A stretch of 64,000 bases of DNA from assembly GCA_963790475.1 (NCBI GenBank), contig CAWBOS010000012.1, positions 544,001 to 608,000 of the forward strand, in the 5' to 3' direction. Made by a program: the position numbers and the translations under genes. The DNA is from an uncultured delta proteobacterium (GTDB lineage: Bacteria; Desulfobacterota; RBG-13-43-22). Position 1 is the first letter of the stretch. Every line of letters begins with the position of its first letter. Shown here one piece after another: positions 1-9,323 of the stretch. Below the pieces are notes generated by a model. The model saw nothing but the letters and a program-made list of their open reading frames with translations, searched no databases and was not told the DNA's origin.

Positions 1-905
1 GGTCTTACGGCAGGGCCAAACAGGTTTATGCCTTAATGGGACTGGACCGGGCGGCGGTACGGTTGGATGCAGAATTAATCAATCTAGAGGAACTCGGACT
101 CATCGAACTCCATAACCCGAGCGGCAAGATCTTACCCAAATTCAAGGCCACGGCCTTATTGGATCAAATTGACGTCATCATCAATCTACCCAAACTGAAA
201 ACACACCTCCTCACCGGCTTGACGGGGTCCATTAAAAATTTCCTGGGTCTTTTACCGGGTTCCCTTAAAAGGGCTGTTCATGTAATCGCCCCCAGCGGTC
301 GGACTATGGCCCAGGCCCTGGTGGATATTTGGGGCGGTATAAAAAATAAAGTCCCTCAGACTTTAAATCTGATAGACGGGATAAGCGCTATGGAAGGGGC
401 CGGCCCTACCCACGGCCAAGCCAGGCCTACTGGTTGGCTCCTGGCTTCAACCGATCCGGTGGCCTTGGATGTTATTGCGGCAACCATTATGGGGTTTAAC
501 CCGGCCGGAATACCCACCATAGTAGAAGCTGAAGGAGCCGGATTGGGTATTGCCGATCCGAATCTTATCAAACTTCAGGGGGCACTCTGGCCTGAACTGC
601 CGGTTCCCGGGTTTAAGCATCCTTTCACCAGGACCAGGGAATGGGCTGAAAGAGTCATTCCTTCCTGGTTGATCGGAAAGGCCTTTGATTGGCTTTATGA
701 AGCCAAACCCAGAGTAAGAATAGAACATTGCCGACGTTGCGGCTTATGCGCTCAGGCCTGCCCATCCCAGGCCCTGCAACTATCCGAACAGGGTCTGCAT
801 CTTGATCAAAAGCTGTGCATAGAATGTTACTGTTGTTTGGAACATTGCCCTTCCGAAGGCCTTTGGGTTCCCCGGGGGTTGCGGGAAAGGATACGGAGCA
901 GATAA
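1..905 (+). CDS. DUF362 domain iron-sulfur protein with C-terminal 2x[4Fe-4S] ferredoxin domain (5' partial)
   Basis: INLPKLKTH..LTGSIKN and DGISAMEGAGPTHG..DPVALD motifs; two CxxCxxCxxxCP motifs at the C-terminus; frame is open to the window edge. Confidence 0.85.
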   Translation, partial: SYGRAKQVYALMGLDRAAVRLDAELINLEELGLIELHNPSGKILPKFKATALLDQIDVIINLPKLKTHLLTGLTGSIKNFLGLLPGSLKRAVHVIAPSGRTMAQALVDIWGGIKNKVPQTLNLIDGISAMEGAGPTHGQARPTGWLLASTDPVALDVIAATIMGFNPAGIPTIVEAEGAGLGIADPNLIKLQGALWPELPVPGFKHPFTRTREWAERVIPSWLIGKAFDWLYEAKPRVRIEHCRRCGLCAQACPSQALQLSEQGLHLDQKLCIECYCCLEHCPSEGLWVPRGLRERIRSR

Positions 906-1029
906 TTGCAGACCCGAATAGTGCGGGTTGAGGGTTGAAAGGGGGGAAGACTTCTTTCTACCCTATATTCACTTCTTGGGTCTATAAAAATTCCATCAGG
1001 TATTCTCTATCAGTCTCCGGTATTGGTTC

Positions 1030-1055
1030 TTTACACCGTGTAAAAAAAATTGGCA
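1030..1055. promoter_or_regulatory. Putative sigma54 activator (bEBP) binding site, TTTACA-N3-TGTAAA palindrome
   Basis: 21/26 identical to 10208-10233; lies ~100-120 bp upstream of the sigma54 promoter at 1151. Confidence 0.55.
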
Positions 1056-1150
1056 GTTTTGTTTTTTCACTCTCCGGCAAATATTCATTTTCTTCCCATA
1101 AATTCAATAAGTTTAAAAATCACCAAAGGATTTCTACTCGTTCTATCATT

Positions 1151-1166
1151 TGGCATGATAGTTGCG
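1151..1166 (+). promoter_or_regulatory. Sigma54 (-24/-12) promoter for the kinase/receiver operon
   Basis: TGGCATGATAGTTGCG = GG-N10-GC, matches TGGCAC-N5-TTGC consensus. Confidence 0.75.
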
Positions 1167-1277
1167 AAAAGTATAAGTAAGGGTTGATTACCTTCCAGAG
1201 GGTTTTCCTTGTCCTACAGAAAAATCCATATTCCGGCGAGGGGAAATTGGGGTCGGCAAGAAATAGTCCCACGACAA

Positions 1278-3044
1278 ATGAGGAGAAACAAAAAGGGTGA
1301 GCATTATCGCCGGCTCTACCGAAAATTTGTCTTCCTGACCCTGATCAGCTCTCTCGTTCCTCTGCTTCTGGTGGGGTGGGGCATTTATATCTATTATTCC
1401 AATTTTTCAAGCGCCCGGGTTACGGACTATTTTCAGAGTCAGGTTGAGGATCACAGAAAAATTATCGAGTTATTTTTAAAGGAAAGAACTGCTGATCTCC
1501 AGCTGGTCGCCTTGACCCATTCCCTGGAAGAGCTGCAAAAACCCGGGATACTTATGAGCGTCCTAAATGCCATCAACCAGGAGGGCCAATTCTTTACCGA
1601 TTTGGGATTGATTAGTGCGCAAGGCAGACATTTAGCCTATATCGGTCCCTATAATTTAATGGACAAAGACTATTCCCAAACTTTTTGGTTTAAGGAACTG
1701 ATGGAGAAAAAAGTCTTCATCAGCGATATGTTTATGGGGTTCCGCAATAACCCACACTTTATTGTTGCCTTTTTAAGGGTCGAGGGAGATCACCGCTGGA
1801 TATTGCGAGCCAGTGTCGATACGGAATACCTTCGCTCTTTGGTTGAAAATGTTAAAATAGGCCGCACCGGCGAGGCTTTTCTTCTAAACCGGGACGGTAT
1901 TTTTCAAACCAGCCCGCGTTCCAATGGGACGATCATGGGCAAGGCCCCTTTATCCGTGGGACAATTTAAAGAAAATAGCGGGACTCGAATCCTGAGTCCT
2001 GTTAAAGGAATTGGACAACCCGCTGCCCGTCAAATCGTCGCCTTTGCCTGGCTTAAGGATCCGCAATGGCTGCTGATTGTTAAACAGAATTATTCCGAGG
2101 CCTTCAGAAGCGTCAATCATGCCAATCTGGCCACCCTGATCTTCCTGCACCTGAGTCTCCTGGGTATCGTCATTATCACGGTTATCATCACCCGAACCAT
2201 GATGAAAATCATCAGAAAACGGGATGATCAGGCCGATCAATTGAACAGACAGTTGATGCAGGCCGGAAAACTGGCCTCTTTGGGGGAACTTTCGGCCGGA
2301 GTTGCCCACGAGATCAATAATCCATTAGCGATCATTCTAACCGAGAACCAGGTTATCCGGGATTTCATCGAGGAAAAGGAAGGATTGGATGAGGAATTCA
2401 AAAAAGAACTGGAAGAATCATTGTCCCAGATCGACACCCAGGTTCAGCGCTGTAATCTCATCACCCATAATCTTTTGCGGTTCTCCCGCCGCACCGCGTC
2501 CCGGATCGAGATGGTCAACCTTAATGCCTTCTTGGGGGAAGTCGTTCAATTGATGGAAGGCAAGGCCAAGGGAATGGGGGTCCATTTCAATATCAACTTG
2601 GAAAAGGACTTGAACCCCATTCGTTCTGATCCTTCCCAGCTTCAACAGGTGCTATTGAACCTGATTACCAATGCCATTGACGCCCATGAAGGGAAGCCCT
2701 ATGGGACTATCAGTATCAGCACTCATTCCAATCTTGAAAAACAGGGAGTGGAGATCCTCGTTGCCGATACCGGATCGGGAATCCCTCCGGAAAATCTGGA
2801 GAGAATATTCGATCCTTTTTTTACCACAAAACCGGTCGGGAAGGGAACCGGCCTGGGGCTTTCTATTTCTTACAGCATCATTAAACAGTTGGGAGGCGAC
2901 ATTTCGGTGAAAAGCGAAACCGGTAAGGGGTCCCAATTCACCCTCTTCCTTCCATTTAATCGGACAGAAGATTCCCGCGACACAGGAAAAGAAAACCTTG
3001 ACCAGACGTCACCCCAAATTTCCAGGGAGGACAGAAGGAAATGA
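1278..3044 (+). CDS. Sensor histidine kinase, NtrB-like, two TM helices with periplasmic dCache-type domain
   Basis: H-box AHEINNPL, N-box [10 protein letters not shown] boxes [20 protein letters not shown]; ATG 1278 preferred over TTG 1209. Confidence 0.9.
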   Translation: MRRNKKGEHYRRLYRKFVFLTLISSLVPLLLVGWGIYIYYSNFSSARVTDYFQSQVEDHRKIIELFLKERTADLQLVALTHSLEELQKPGILMSVLNAINQEGQFFTDLGLISAQGRHLAYIGPYNLMDKDYSQTFWFKELMEKKVFISDMFMGFRNNPHFIVAFLRVEGDHRWILRASVDTEYLRSLVENVKIGRTGEAFLLNRDGIFQTSPRSNGTIMGKAPLSVGQFKENSGTRILSPVKGIGQPAARQIVAFAWLKDPQWLLIVKQNYSEAFRSVNHANLATLIFLHLSLLGIVIITVIITRTMMKIIRKRDDQADQLNRQLMQAGKLASLGELSAGVAHEINNPLAIILTENQVIRDFIEEKEGLDEEFKKELEESLSQIDTQVQRCNLITHNLLRFSRRTASRIEMVNLNAFLGEVVQLMEGKAKGMGVHFNINLEKDLNPIRSDPSQLQQVLLNLITNAIDAHEGKPYGTISISTHSNLEKQGVEILVADTGSGIPPENLERIFDPFFTTKPVGKGTGLGLSISYSIIKQLGGDISVKSETGKGSQFTLFLPFNRTEDSRDTGKENLDQTSPQISREDRRK

Positions 3045-3464
3045 GAAGAGCCAAAATCCTATTAGTTGATGATGAAGTGGCCTTTGCCAACAATATTTCC
3101 AAATTGATATCCAAACGGGGTTATGACATCATCACGGTTTATAATGGAGAAAGCGCCGTTCAGGCCGTTGATGAACAGGATTTCGACGTCATTGTCCTGG
3201 ATTTAAAGATGCCCGGGATGGACGGCATGGCCGCTTTGAAGCTGATCAAGGGGAAGAAAGCCCGGGGTAGAAGTGATTATCCTTACCGGTCATGGCTCTT
3301 TCGAATCAGGCATTGACGGGATGCAGCTGGGGGCTTTTGATTTTATTATGAAACCGGTTCGTTTCGATGATCTCTATGAAAAGATTCGGCAGGCCTATCA
3401 AAGGAAATTAATTATTGAAGAAAGTGGAACCGGTTCTAATACCGATGGGCGGGGACGGGATTGA
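3041..3464 (+). pseudogene. Single-domain response regulator split by a +1 frameshift (possibly an assembly error)
   Basis: ILLVDDE...VLDLKMPGMDG in one frame, IILTGHG...GAFDFIMKP in the next; removing one A at 3257-3259 restores KKPGVEVIILTGH. Confidence 0.8.
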
Positions 3465-3877
3465 ATATGACTGAACCTATACGGGTTTGCCTGATCGATG
3501 ACGAACGAATCTTTGTTGAGTCTTTGACCAAGGTCCTCAAAAAAAGAGGTATGGAGGTGCGGGCGGCTTTCGATGGCCTTTCGGCCCTTAAACTGCTTTC
3601 CGTCGAAGAACCGGATGTGATTGTGCTGGACCTCCGGATGCCCGGGATGGATGGTCTGGCCGTCTTACAGGAAATACGAACCAAAGATTCCCAGACCCCG
3701 GTGATCCTGCTGACCGGTCACTTGGATATCGATCGCGTAGTCCAGGTCATGGATAAGGGAGTGGCCTTAGTGCTCTTGAAACCCTGTCCTATCGAAACCC
3801 TGGTTTCCGCCATAGAGAATGCCAGTGAATCTAAGGCCATTTCCAAAGAGGTCAACGCCAATCTCCCTAAAAGATGA
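3461..3877 (+). CDS. Single-domain response regulator (receiver only)
   Basis: LIDDE, VLDLRMPGMDG, LLTGH, LLKP. Confidence 0.9.
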   Translation: MNMTEPIRVCLIDDERIFVESLTKVLKKRGMEVRAAFDGLSALKLLSVEEPDVIVLDLRMPGMDGLAVLQEIRTKDSQTPVILLTGHLDIDRVVQVMDKGVALVLLKPCPIETLVSAIENASESKAISKEVNANLPKR

Positions 3878-3920
3878 TTAGGACCGGTGACCGATGTCCT
3901 GTTTTTCCCCTTGTTCTATC

Positions 3921-6602
3921 TCACTCTTGAACCGTCTCCCGGTGAGCCTTTTGCCCGAAATCATAATCCCCTCGAAGAAACGCATCCTTAAATTGTTCGA
4001 CTGAATCCTCGCTCATCATGGATACATCCATTTGACGGAAGAATTGAAAGAGGCTGCCGATCATCTTCAAGTGCTCGATCATCTCCTCCCGGGTGGCCTT
4101 TCCCAGACGGGCGGTGACCACATCGTGAGCCAGTTCCACATGGAACCCATGCGTGCGAAGGATGGAGGCAATAGCCCTGGAACGGCGCGTCCTTCGAATC
4201 AAGTCGGCTGCCCCCCCTCGGAAGGTCAAACTGATGTAATTCTTGTTCGGTGTGCTGCTGCAATAGGTGTCCACCACACTGAAATGATACCCCACCCTGG
4301 CGGTGTAGTTCAGGTAGTTGTCAGAAATAATGGCATAGCAGGGGTCTTGGAAAGATTGTTCCCCCTCCGGGCTGTTCACGGCATGTCTCATCATGATGGA
4401 AAAGAAGCCCTTGTAATCCATAGGTTTCGGGCCAAAACGGGGGATCTTTTCATTCAGCATCCCCTCCAGTAAGGCGGTTAAAGGGATGGAAGAGATTTGG
4501 GAACGTTTAATCTTTCCTTGTTTTGGGACCCCCTCAACCCCGCCTCCCAGATCGATCAGATAAAGGTCAATCGGCAGGAAAACATCCAAGTGATAACTGG
4601 AAGCCCGGAGATCTCCTAATTGTTCTCCCAAAATGAACATCTCTTCGTAGGATTTTTCATGGATAAACCTGGCCAGATCATGAAGGGTGCGGCATTGATC
4701 GCCTTTGAAGTTCTTGGACAAGGGGTCCGTCAGATTTAGGGGTTGAATGAGTTCAATACCTTTTTTCAGAATCTGAAGTTCCGGAGTAGAAGGTTTCTCT
4801 TCCATAGAACCCGAGTGCCGGACGGACGGTGTCCCTCTCCATTTTGGTACGGGGACTTCGCCTTGGTAGACCAGACCATTGCCGGCATCAACGGTGATGA
4901 CCGTTCCTGGTGGGATTTTCTGAGTGGCGATTTTGGTGTTTAACAAAGTAGGTACCCCAAATTCCCTCGACAAAGAAGCCATATGGCCGGTCGTACTTCC
5001 AAAATCGGTAACAATGGCCCGGACCTTGGACATAAGGCGGACGAATCGTGGGGAAGACCGTTTGGCGATCAACACTCCACCGTCCGGGAATAAATTGGGG
5101 TCGTCATCCTCCGCCATATGGATGGCCGGTCCTGTGCCTGCTCCCGGACAGGCCACATCCCCCCCGCTTACAAGCAGGGTATATCCAGGTAACGGCCGGC
5201 TGGTCTCCCCTCTCCGCTCAAGCAGGCGTAAAGGGCGGGATTGAAGGAGGATAAGTTTCCTGTCGCGGTCCATGGCCCATTCGATATCCTGTGGGCTTCC
5301 AAAATGATCCTCTAAAAGGAGAGCCCATTGACCCAGCCGGATCGCCTCTTCATCGGACAGGCAATCCTGCTCGGCTTCATCCGGACTCACCGAATCTTCT
5401 TTGAGCTCCGACGGTGAAGAAAGGATAAGACGGAATTTTTGCTGTGAGGGAAACCGAACAATTTGGCTTTGATTTAAATCTCTGGGGACGGAGATCACTT
5501 CGGGAGAAGTCCGGCCCTCGACCAAAGGGACGCCCAAACCACGAATGGCTTGGATCAGGATTTGATCGGAATCAGGTTGGTTGGGGTCCTTGGAAAAAGA
5601 AACCCCGCTGACCAGGGCATCCACCATGGTTATAAAAGCAACTGCCATCTCAGCTGTTTGTCCGGGGATCCCGTGCAGACGGCGATAATGAATGGCCTCA
5701 GAGGAATACAGGCTGGCGGCTACTTTGAGATAGGCCTCCACCAGACCGTCCCGCTTGATATTCAAAAGGGTCAGAAATTGTCCGGCAAAGGAAAATCCGC
5801 TATCTTCACCCAGGGCGCTGGATCGAACGGCCAAAGAGACCTCTTTTCCAATTTCCCGGGTCAGGCGATCATAGGCTCCGAGTATGGCCTCATTCAGGGA
5901 GGAAGGCACGTAAATCTTCAGAAACTGTTCTTGGATGGAGTGACTGATTTCCTCCACATCCTGGGTGGCCAGGATTTCCAGATCCTTATCCTGGAGCCAG
6001 GATTTGAGGCCTCCCTTTTCCAGGAGAAGCCGAAACCCCTCGGTGGTAACCACAAACCCCTCCGGTGTCGGCAGGTCCAGGACGTTCCGGATCTCCCCGA
6101 GATTGGCCGCCTTTCCACCAACCAGGTCGGTTTGGTTTCTATCCACGGCCGATAAATCCCTTACCCAGACCAGGGGAATTCCGTTTCCAGAACCCTCGAT
6201 GAGTTTAGTTAAAGAGAATACAATCTCTTCAAATTTATCCTGCAAAACAGGATATCGGCCGCCCGAAATCACCATAATGGCTTCGATCATGGTATGGATA
6301 TCGGCAATAGCTCTTAGAACCCGGCGCCTGAGGTACGTCCGATCCAGAAAAACCTGTTCCAGGTATTTCTGCTCTATGTCGGCCATGGTTTCGAGAAAGC
6401 TGTTATTCGCAGAAAGAAGCTTGCGGAATTCGGCATGATTAAGTTTCAACAGAGCCACTTGGGACGTGTGATCCGCTCCTTTCCCGCGGCTAAGACCGAT
6501 TACCTCCAGAAAAAGAACAAAACCTTGCCAGGTTTTTTGAAACCCGAGTATGAATCGGGAAGGATTACGATTGGATTGACTATTCGAAGGGATTTCTACC
6601 AT
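3921..6602 (-). CDS. PEP synthase-like dikinase (PPDK_N ATP-grasp + phospho-His swivel + uncharacterised C-terminal domain), copy A
   Basis: VGGKAANLGE, AVRSSALGED..SFAGQ, PQDIEWA, LQSRPL; His motif GSTTGHMASLSRE; no pyruvate-binding barrel motifs. Confidence 0.85.
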   Translation of the reverse strand: MVEIPSNSQSNRNPSRFILGFQKTWQGFVLFLEVIGLSRGKGADHTSQVALLKLNHAEFRKLLSANNSFLETMADIEQKYLEQVFLDRTYLRRRVLRAIADIHTMIEAIMVISGGRYPVLQDKFEEIVFSLTKLIEGSGNGIPLVWVRDLSAVDRNQTDLVGGKAANLGEIRNVLDLPTPEGFVVTTEGFRLLLEKGGLKSWLQDKDLEILATQDVEEISHSIQEQFLKIYVPSSLNEAILGAYDRLTREIGKEVSLAVRSSALGEDSGFSFAGQFLTLLNIKRDGLVEAYLKVAASLYSSEAIHYRRLHGIPGQTAEMAVAFITMVDALVSGVSFSKDPNQPDSDQILIQAIRGLGVPLVEGRTSPEVISVPRDLNQSQIVRFPSQQKFRLILSSPSELKEDSVSPDEAEQDCLSDEEAIRLGQWALLLEDHFGSPQDIEWAMDRDRKLILLQSRPLRLLERRGETSRPLPGYTLLVSGGDVACPGAGTGPAIHMAEDDDPNLFPDGGVLIAKRSSPRFVRLMSKVRAIVTDFGSTTGHMASLSREFGVPTLLNTKIATQKIPPGTVITVDAGNGLVYQGEVPVPKWRGTPSVRHSGSMEEKPSTPELQILKKGIELIQPLNLTDPLSKNFKGDQCRTLHDLARFIHEKSYEEMFILGEQLGDLRASSYHLDVFLPIDLYLIDLGGGVEGVPKQGKIKRSQISSIPLTALLEGMLNEKIPRFGPKPMDYKGFFSIMMRHAVNSPEGEQSFQDPCYAIISDNYLNYTARVGYHFSVVDTYCSSTPNKNYISLTFRGGAADLIRRTRRSRAIASILRTHGFHVELAHDVVTARLGKATREEMIEHLKMIGSLFQFFRQMDVSMMSEDSVEQFKDAFLRGDYDFGQKAHRETVQE

Positions 6603-6608
6603 GCGTTT

Positions 6609-6617
6609 AGTATATCA
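6609..6617 (-). promoter_or_regulatory. Extended -10 sigma70 element 6 nt before the ATG (leaderless)
   Basis: Minus strand reads TGA-TATACT-AAACGC-ATG; no Shine-Dalgarno. Confidence 0.5.
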
Positions 6618-6692
6618 AAGAAGATATAAAGGGGCCAGGGTGATTTAGCATTCCTGATGGACTGGGAAAAGGTTGACAAGAATCCTTAACGA

Positions 6693-7067
6693 TTATTCCT
6701 TCTTCTTCCCTGCGGCCTCTTCAATCAGATTCACCAGTTTCAAGATGGGAAAGGGTTTGAACAAATAAGCGAAAGCCCCTTCTTTCAGGCCCGTTTCCTC
6801 ATCGGAAAGGGAAAGATGCCCGGTAAGCAAGATGACCTGGGTGTCGATTGCTAAACGTTTGATCTCGGCCAAAACTTGCATGCCGTCCATTCCCGGCATC
6901 TTGACATCCAGGATGACGACATGGAATGGCTCTTTGGCAATGCGTACTACGGCGGTCATTCCGTCAGAAGCCGTTTCCACCTCAAACCCCCGGCGGCGCA
7001 GCACCTTACCTAAACTGGCGGTGAAATCCACTTCATCGTCGACCAACAGAACCTTTTTCCCTTTCAT
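6693..7067 (-). CDS. Single-domain response regulator
   Basis: VLLVDDE, ILDVKMPGMDG, LLTGH, LFKP. Confidence 0.9.
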   Translation of the reverse strand: MKGKKVLLVDDEVDFTASLGKVLRRRGFEVETASDGMTAVVRIAKEPFHVVILDVKMPGMDGMQVLAEIKRLAIDTQVILLTGHLSLSDEETGLKEGAFAYLFKPFPILKLVNLIEEAAGKKKE

Positions 7068-7714
7068 CCGGACCCCTTTCTAACCTGGAGAAATTGGACC
7101 AGGTTGCGGGCGCTTTTTTTTCTAAGGGCATAGATGGCAATCGGGTCTTTAGATGGATCCAATCCAGGGACATTAATTTCTATCCAGCGGGTGGGGAGAA
7201 TCAGGCCATGGACCATCCCGGCCGCCCCCAATCCTATCAGAAAAGGGCCGGAGAAGGAGAGCCAAGGGGCGAAGAGGAGAGCAAAGACCCCCATGGCTGC
7301 TCCCACACCGGTCTCCCCCCACCTGATCTGATGTCGAGGAGTGAGAGAAAAGTTTTTCATTAAGGGAATTTCCCGGATGACCGTCTGGTCCTTTTCATCC
7401 GCCGTGGGAGGACGGTTGGGCATCAGGCTTGATTGAACACAGAACAGCCGGCGATCGGTGGCAAAGAGGCTGACGGCCTCCTGTTCCGGTTCTCTCAAGA
7501 CAGTGTGGGTCAACCGGGTATGAGCCCGGACCACATGATGTTCTCTCTGAATAGCCTCTTCCTTTTGAAACCTGGTCTTAAGGAGCGCACGATACAGATC
7601 CAGCGTGCGCTCGATCAGCTCTTTCTGAAAGACCTTTTCCGTCAGGTCACCCCGCTGACGTTTAGGATAGAGCTGCCGGATCCGGGTCCTCAAGGCCTCG
7701 GCTTCAGTCGTCAT
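7064..7714 (-). CDS. Hypothetical membrane protein (soluble N-terminal part, two C-terminal TM helices)
   Basis: Overlaps both neighbours in the operon; likely start is ATG 7714 (MTTEAE). Confidence 0.7.
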   Translation of the reverse strand: MTTEAEALRTRIRQLYPKRQRGDLTEKVFQKELIERTLDLYRALLKTRFQKEEAIQREHHVVRAHTRLTHTVLREPEQEAVSLFATDRRLFCVQSSLMPNRPPTADEKDQTVIREIPLMKNFSLTPRHQIRWGETGVGAAMGVFALLFAPWLSFSGPFLIGLGAAGMVHGLILPTRWIEINVPGLDPSKDPIAIYALRKKSARNLVQFLQVRKGSG

Positions 7715-7904
7715 AAGGATAGGACCCCGGAGAAGTTTTGGGGGCATGAAGGCTGGGCATCAAAGTGATGACTACCGCCACGAACAGGACAAAGATCACA
7801 ACAAAGGCATCCCAGGGATCCCATTCTACGATGGTTGAATTATAGAGCGACCAGAGCAGGTACCCGTAAAGGAGCAAATTAATGATAATCTGAACTAATT
7901 TCAT
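7704..7904 (-). CDS. Small two-TM membrane protein (66 aa)
   Basis: GGAGG RBS upstream; two hydrophobic segments; operon position. Confidence 0.7.
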   Translation of the reverse strand: MKLVQIIINLLLYGYLLWSLYNSTIVEWDPWDAFVVIFVLFVAVVITLMPSLHAPKTSPGSYPYDD

Positions 7905-7916
7905 TTAGTTACCTCC

Positions 7917-8024
7917 CTATATGTTACCGCGGAGCCAGACTTCGTATACAACGGCTGCCGCGCCCAAGGATATTGCCAGGAGCAGGATCCAATAACCAAT
8001 CATGGAATCGATAAACCATCTCAT
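7917..8024 (-). CDS. Unannotated 35-aa single-TM peptide MRWFIDSMIGYWILLLAISLGAAAVVYEVWLRGNI
   Basis: AAGGAG RBS; ATGA overlap with the upstream stop; fills the operon gap. Confidence 0.7.
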   Translation of the reverse strand: MRWFIDSMIGYWILLLAISLGAAAVVYEVWLRGNI

Positions 8025-8221
8025 ATTTTATTCTCCTTTGTTTTTGATAAACAAGCTTTATTGTGAGGTTCGGAAAGGATTAAATCGAACTTCATCGATT
8101 TCAGAAAGCCTATAGCCGTCTCCAATGAAATCGTTGAATGTAAAAATAATCCTTCCTGAATGAACAGGTAGTGAACCTGATAATCGGAATCGATGTGCAG
8201 AATATTTACCGGGATTCTCAT
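8021..8221 (-). CDS. Truncated receiver-like small protein (66 aa)
   Basis: GGAGG RBS; NILHIDSD and FDLILSEP resemble receiver beta1 and beta3. Confidence 0.55.
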   Translation of the reverse strand: MRIPVNILHIDSDYQVHYLFIQEGLFLHSTISLETAIGFLKSMKFDLILSEPHNKACLSKTKENKI

Positions 8222-8244
8222 GGCTTCTTGACCTCCCCTCATCA

Positions 8245-9312
8245 TTACTTGGCCACTACCAAGGAAGGGATCCAGTCCGGGACCTTTTTACCATTCCTAT
8301 AACGCACGGAAAAATAAACCAGAGAAATGATAAAAAGACAGAGGAAGATCATCTCTCCCAGGGTAAAGACCACTGCCAGAAAGGATAGGATCTGGTGTTT
8401 TCCACCGGCCAACATGTAAAAAAGCCTTAGGAAAGCCCCACCGGTGGCCAGGATCAACGAATAACTGAGGATATAGCGGATGGCCGGTCCGCGCACATAG
8501 GATGTGGCGATGCTCCCGAATTGGGCCCCGAACATGGCCCCGACGATCATGAAGAGCACGGCTACCATATCCACATTACCCATCATCGAATGTCTCAAGG
8601 CCCCATATCCTCCGGAGAACACTATTTCCAAAAGATCGGTTCCCACGGCAATATGGGTTGAAGCGCCGACGATATAGACCAGGGCCGGCACCCGGATAAA
8701 GCCACCTCCGACACCCAAAAACCCCGCTAAAACGCCGGTAACCAGCCCGACAACGACAATGACCCACATGGAGACCACGATCTTGGCCACACGGCAGCGG
8801 ACGATAGGGAAAAGGGGGATTCTTTGAAAAAAGGCCGGGCCTTTGCTGACCGTAACTTCGCGGCCCACATGCAAGCCTTCCTTGGACATAACATCGATCT
8901 TTTTTTGAGACTGACGGGTCTCCAGCTGGGTGTAAATAAAGAGCCCCAACATAATGACCACCGAGGCCGTCAAAAGAATAATTTCCGAAAAACCCATGGC
9001 TTTAGTATAAGTAAGTAGCCGGACCCCCTGTTCCACGCCGAGCATGGTCCCGCCGATCATGGCCAAACCCAGGACCCAGTCGATGTTGCCCAGTTGTCGG
9101 TGCCTGATGGTGGACACCACCCCCTTTCCGGCAATATGGGTCATATCGATTCCCGAAGCCATGTAGCCGGGAAAGCCAAAGACGATCAGGGCCGGGGTGA
9201 CCATGTAGCCGCCACCGACTCCGATAAACCCCCCCACAATTCCCACCGTGAATCCGGTCAGGACCAATAAGAAGATGGGGGCCTGCATTCCTGCAATTGC
9301 AAACTCAAACAT
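8245..9312 (-). CDS. TauE/SafE (TSUP) family transporter, copy A
   Basis: Duplicated GGFIGVGGG / AGFLGVGGG repeats; HIAVGTDL; multiple TM helices. Confidence 0.9.
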   Translation of the reverse strand: MFEFAIAGMQAPIFLLVLTGFTVGIVGGFIGVGGGYMVTPALIVFGFPGYMASGIDMTHIAGKGVVSTIRHRQLGNIDWVLGLAMIGGTMLGVEQGVRLLTYTKAMGFSEIILLTASVVIMLGLFIYTQLETRQSQKKIDVMSKEGLHVGREVTVSKGPAFFQRIPLFPIVRCRVAKIVVSMWVIVVVGLVTGVLAGFLGVGGGFIRVPALVYIVGASTHIAVGTDLLEIVFSGGYGALRHSMMGNVDMVAVLFMIVGAMFGAQFGSIATSYVRGPAIRYILSYSLILATGGAFLRLFYMLAGGKHQILSFLAVVFTLGEMIFLCLFIISLVYFSVRYRNGKKVPDWIPSLVVAK

Positions 9313-9323
9313 AATTTCCTCCT

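Noticed and set aside
935-1180. 81-aa ORF upstream of the kinase
   Set aside because: Overlaps the enhancer and sigma54 promoter; TTG start; no recognisable motif
3251-3270. Programmed ribosomal frameshift in the response regulator
   Set aside because: No X XXY YYZ slippery heptamer; the same +1 pattern in three unrelated genes points to error
5550-6438. Long antisense ORFs over the dikinase (also over lpxD, skp, waaC and kinase B)
   Set aside because: Shadow frames of well-supported genes
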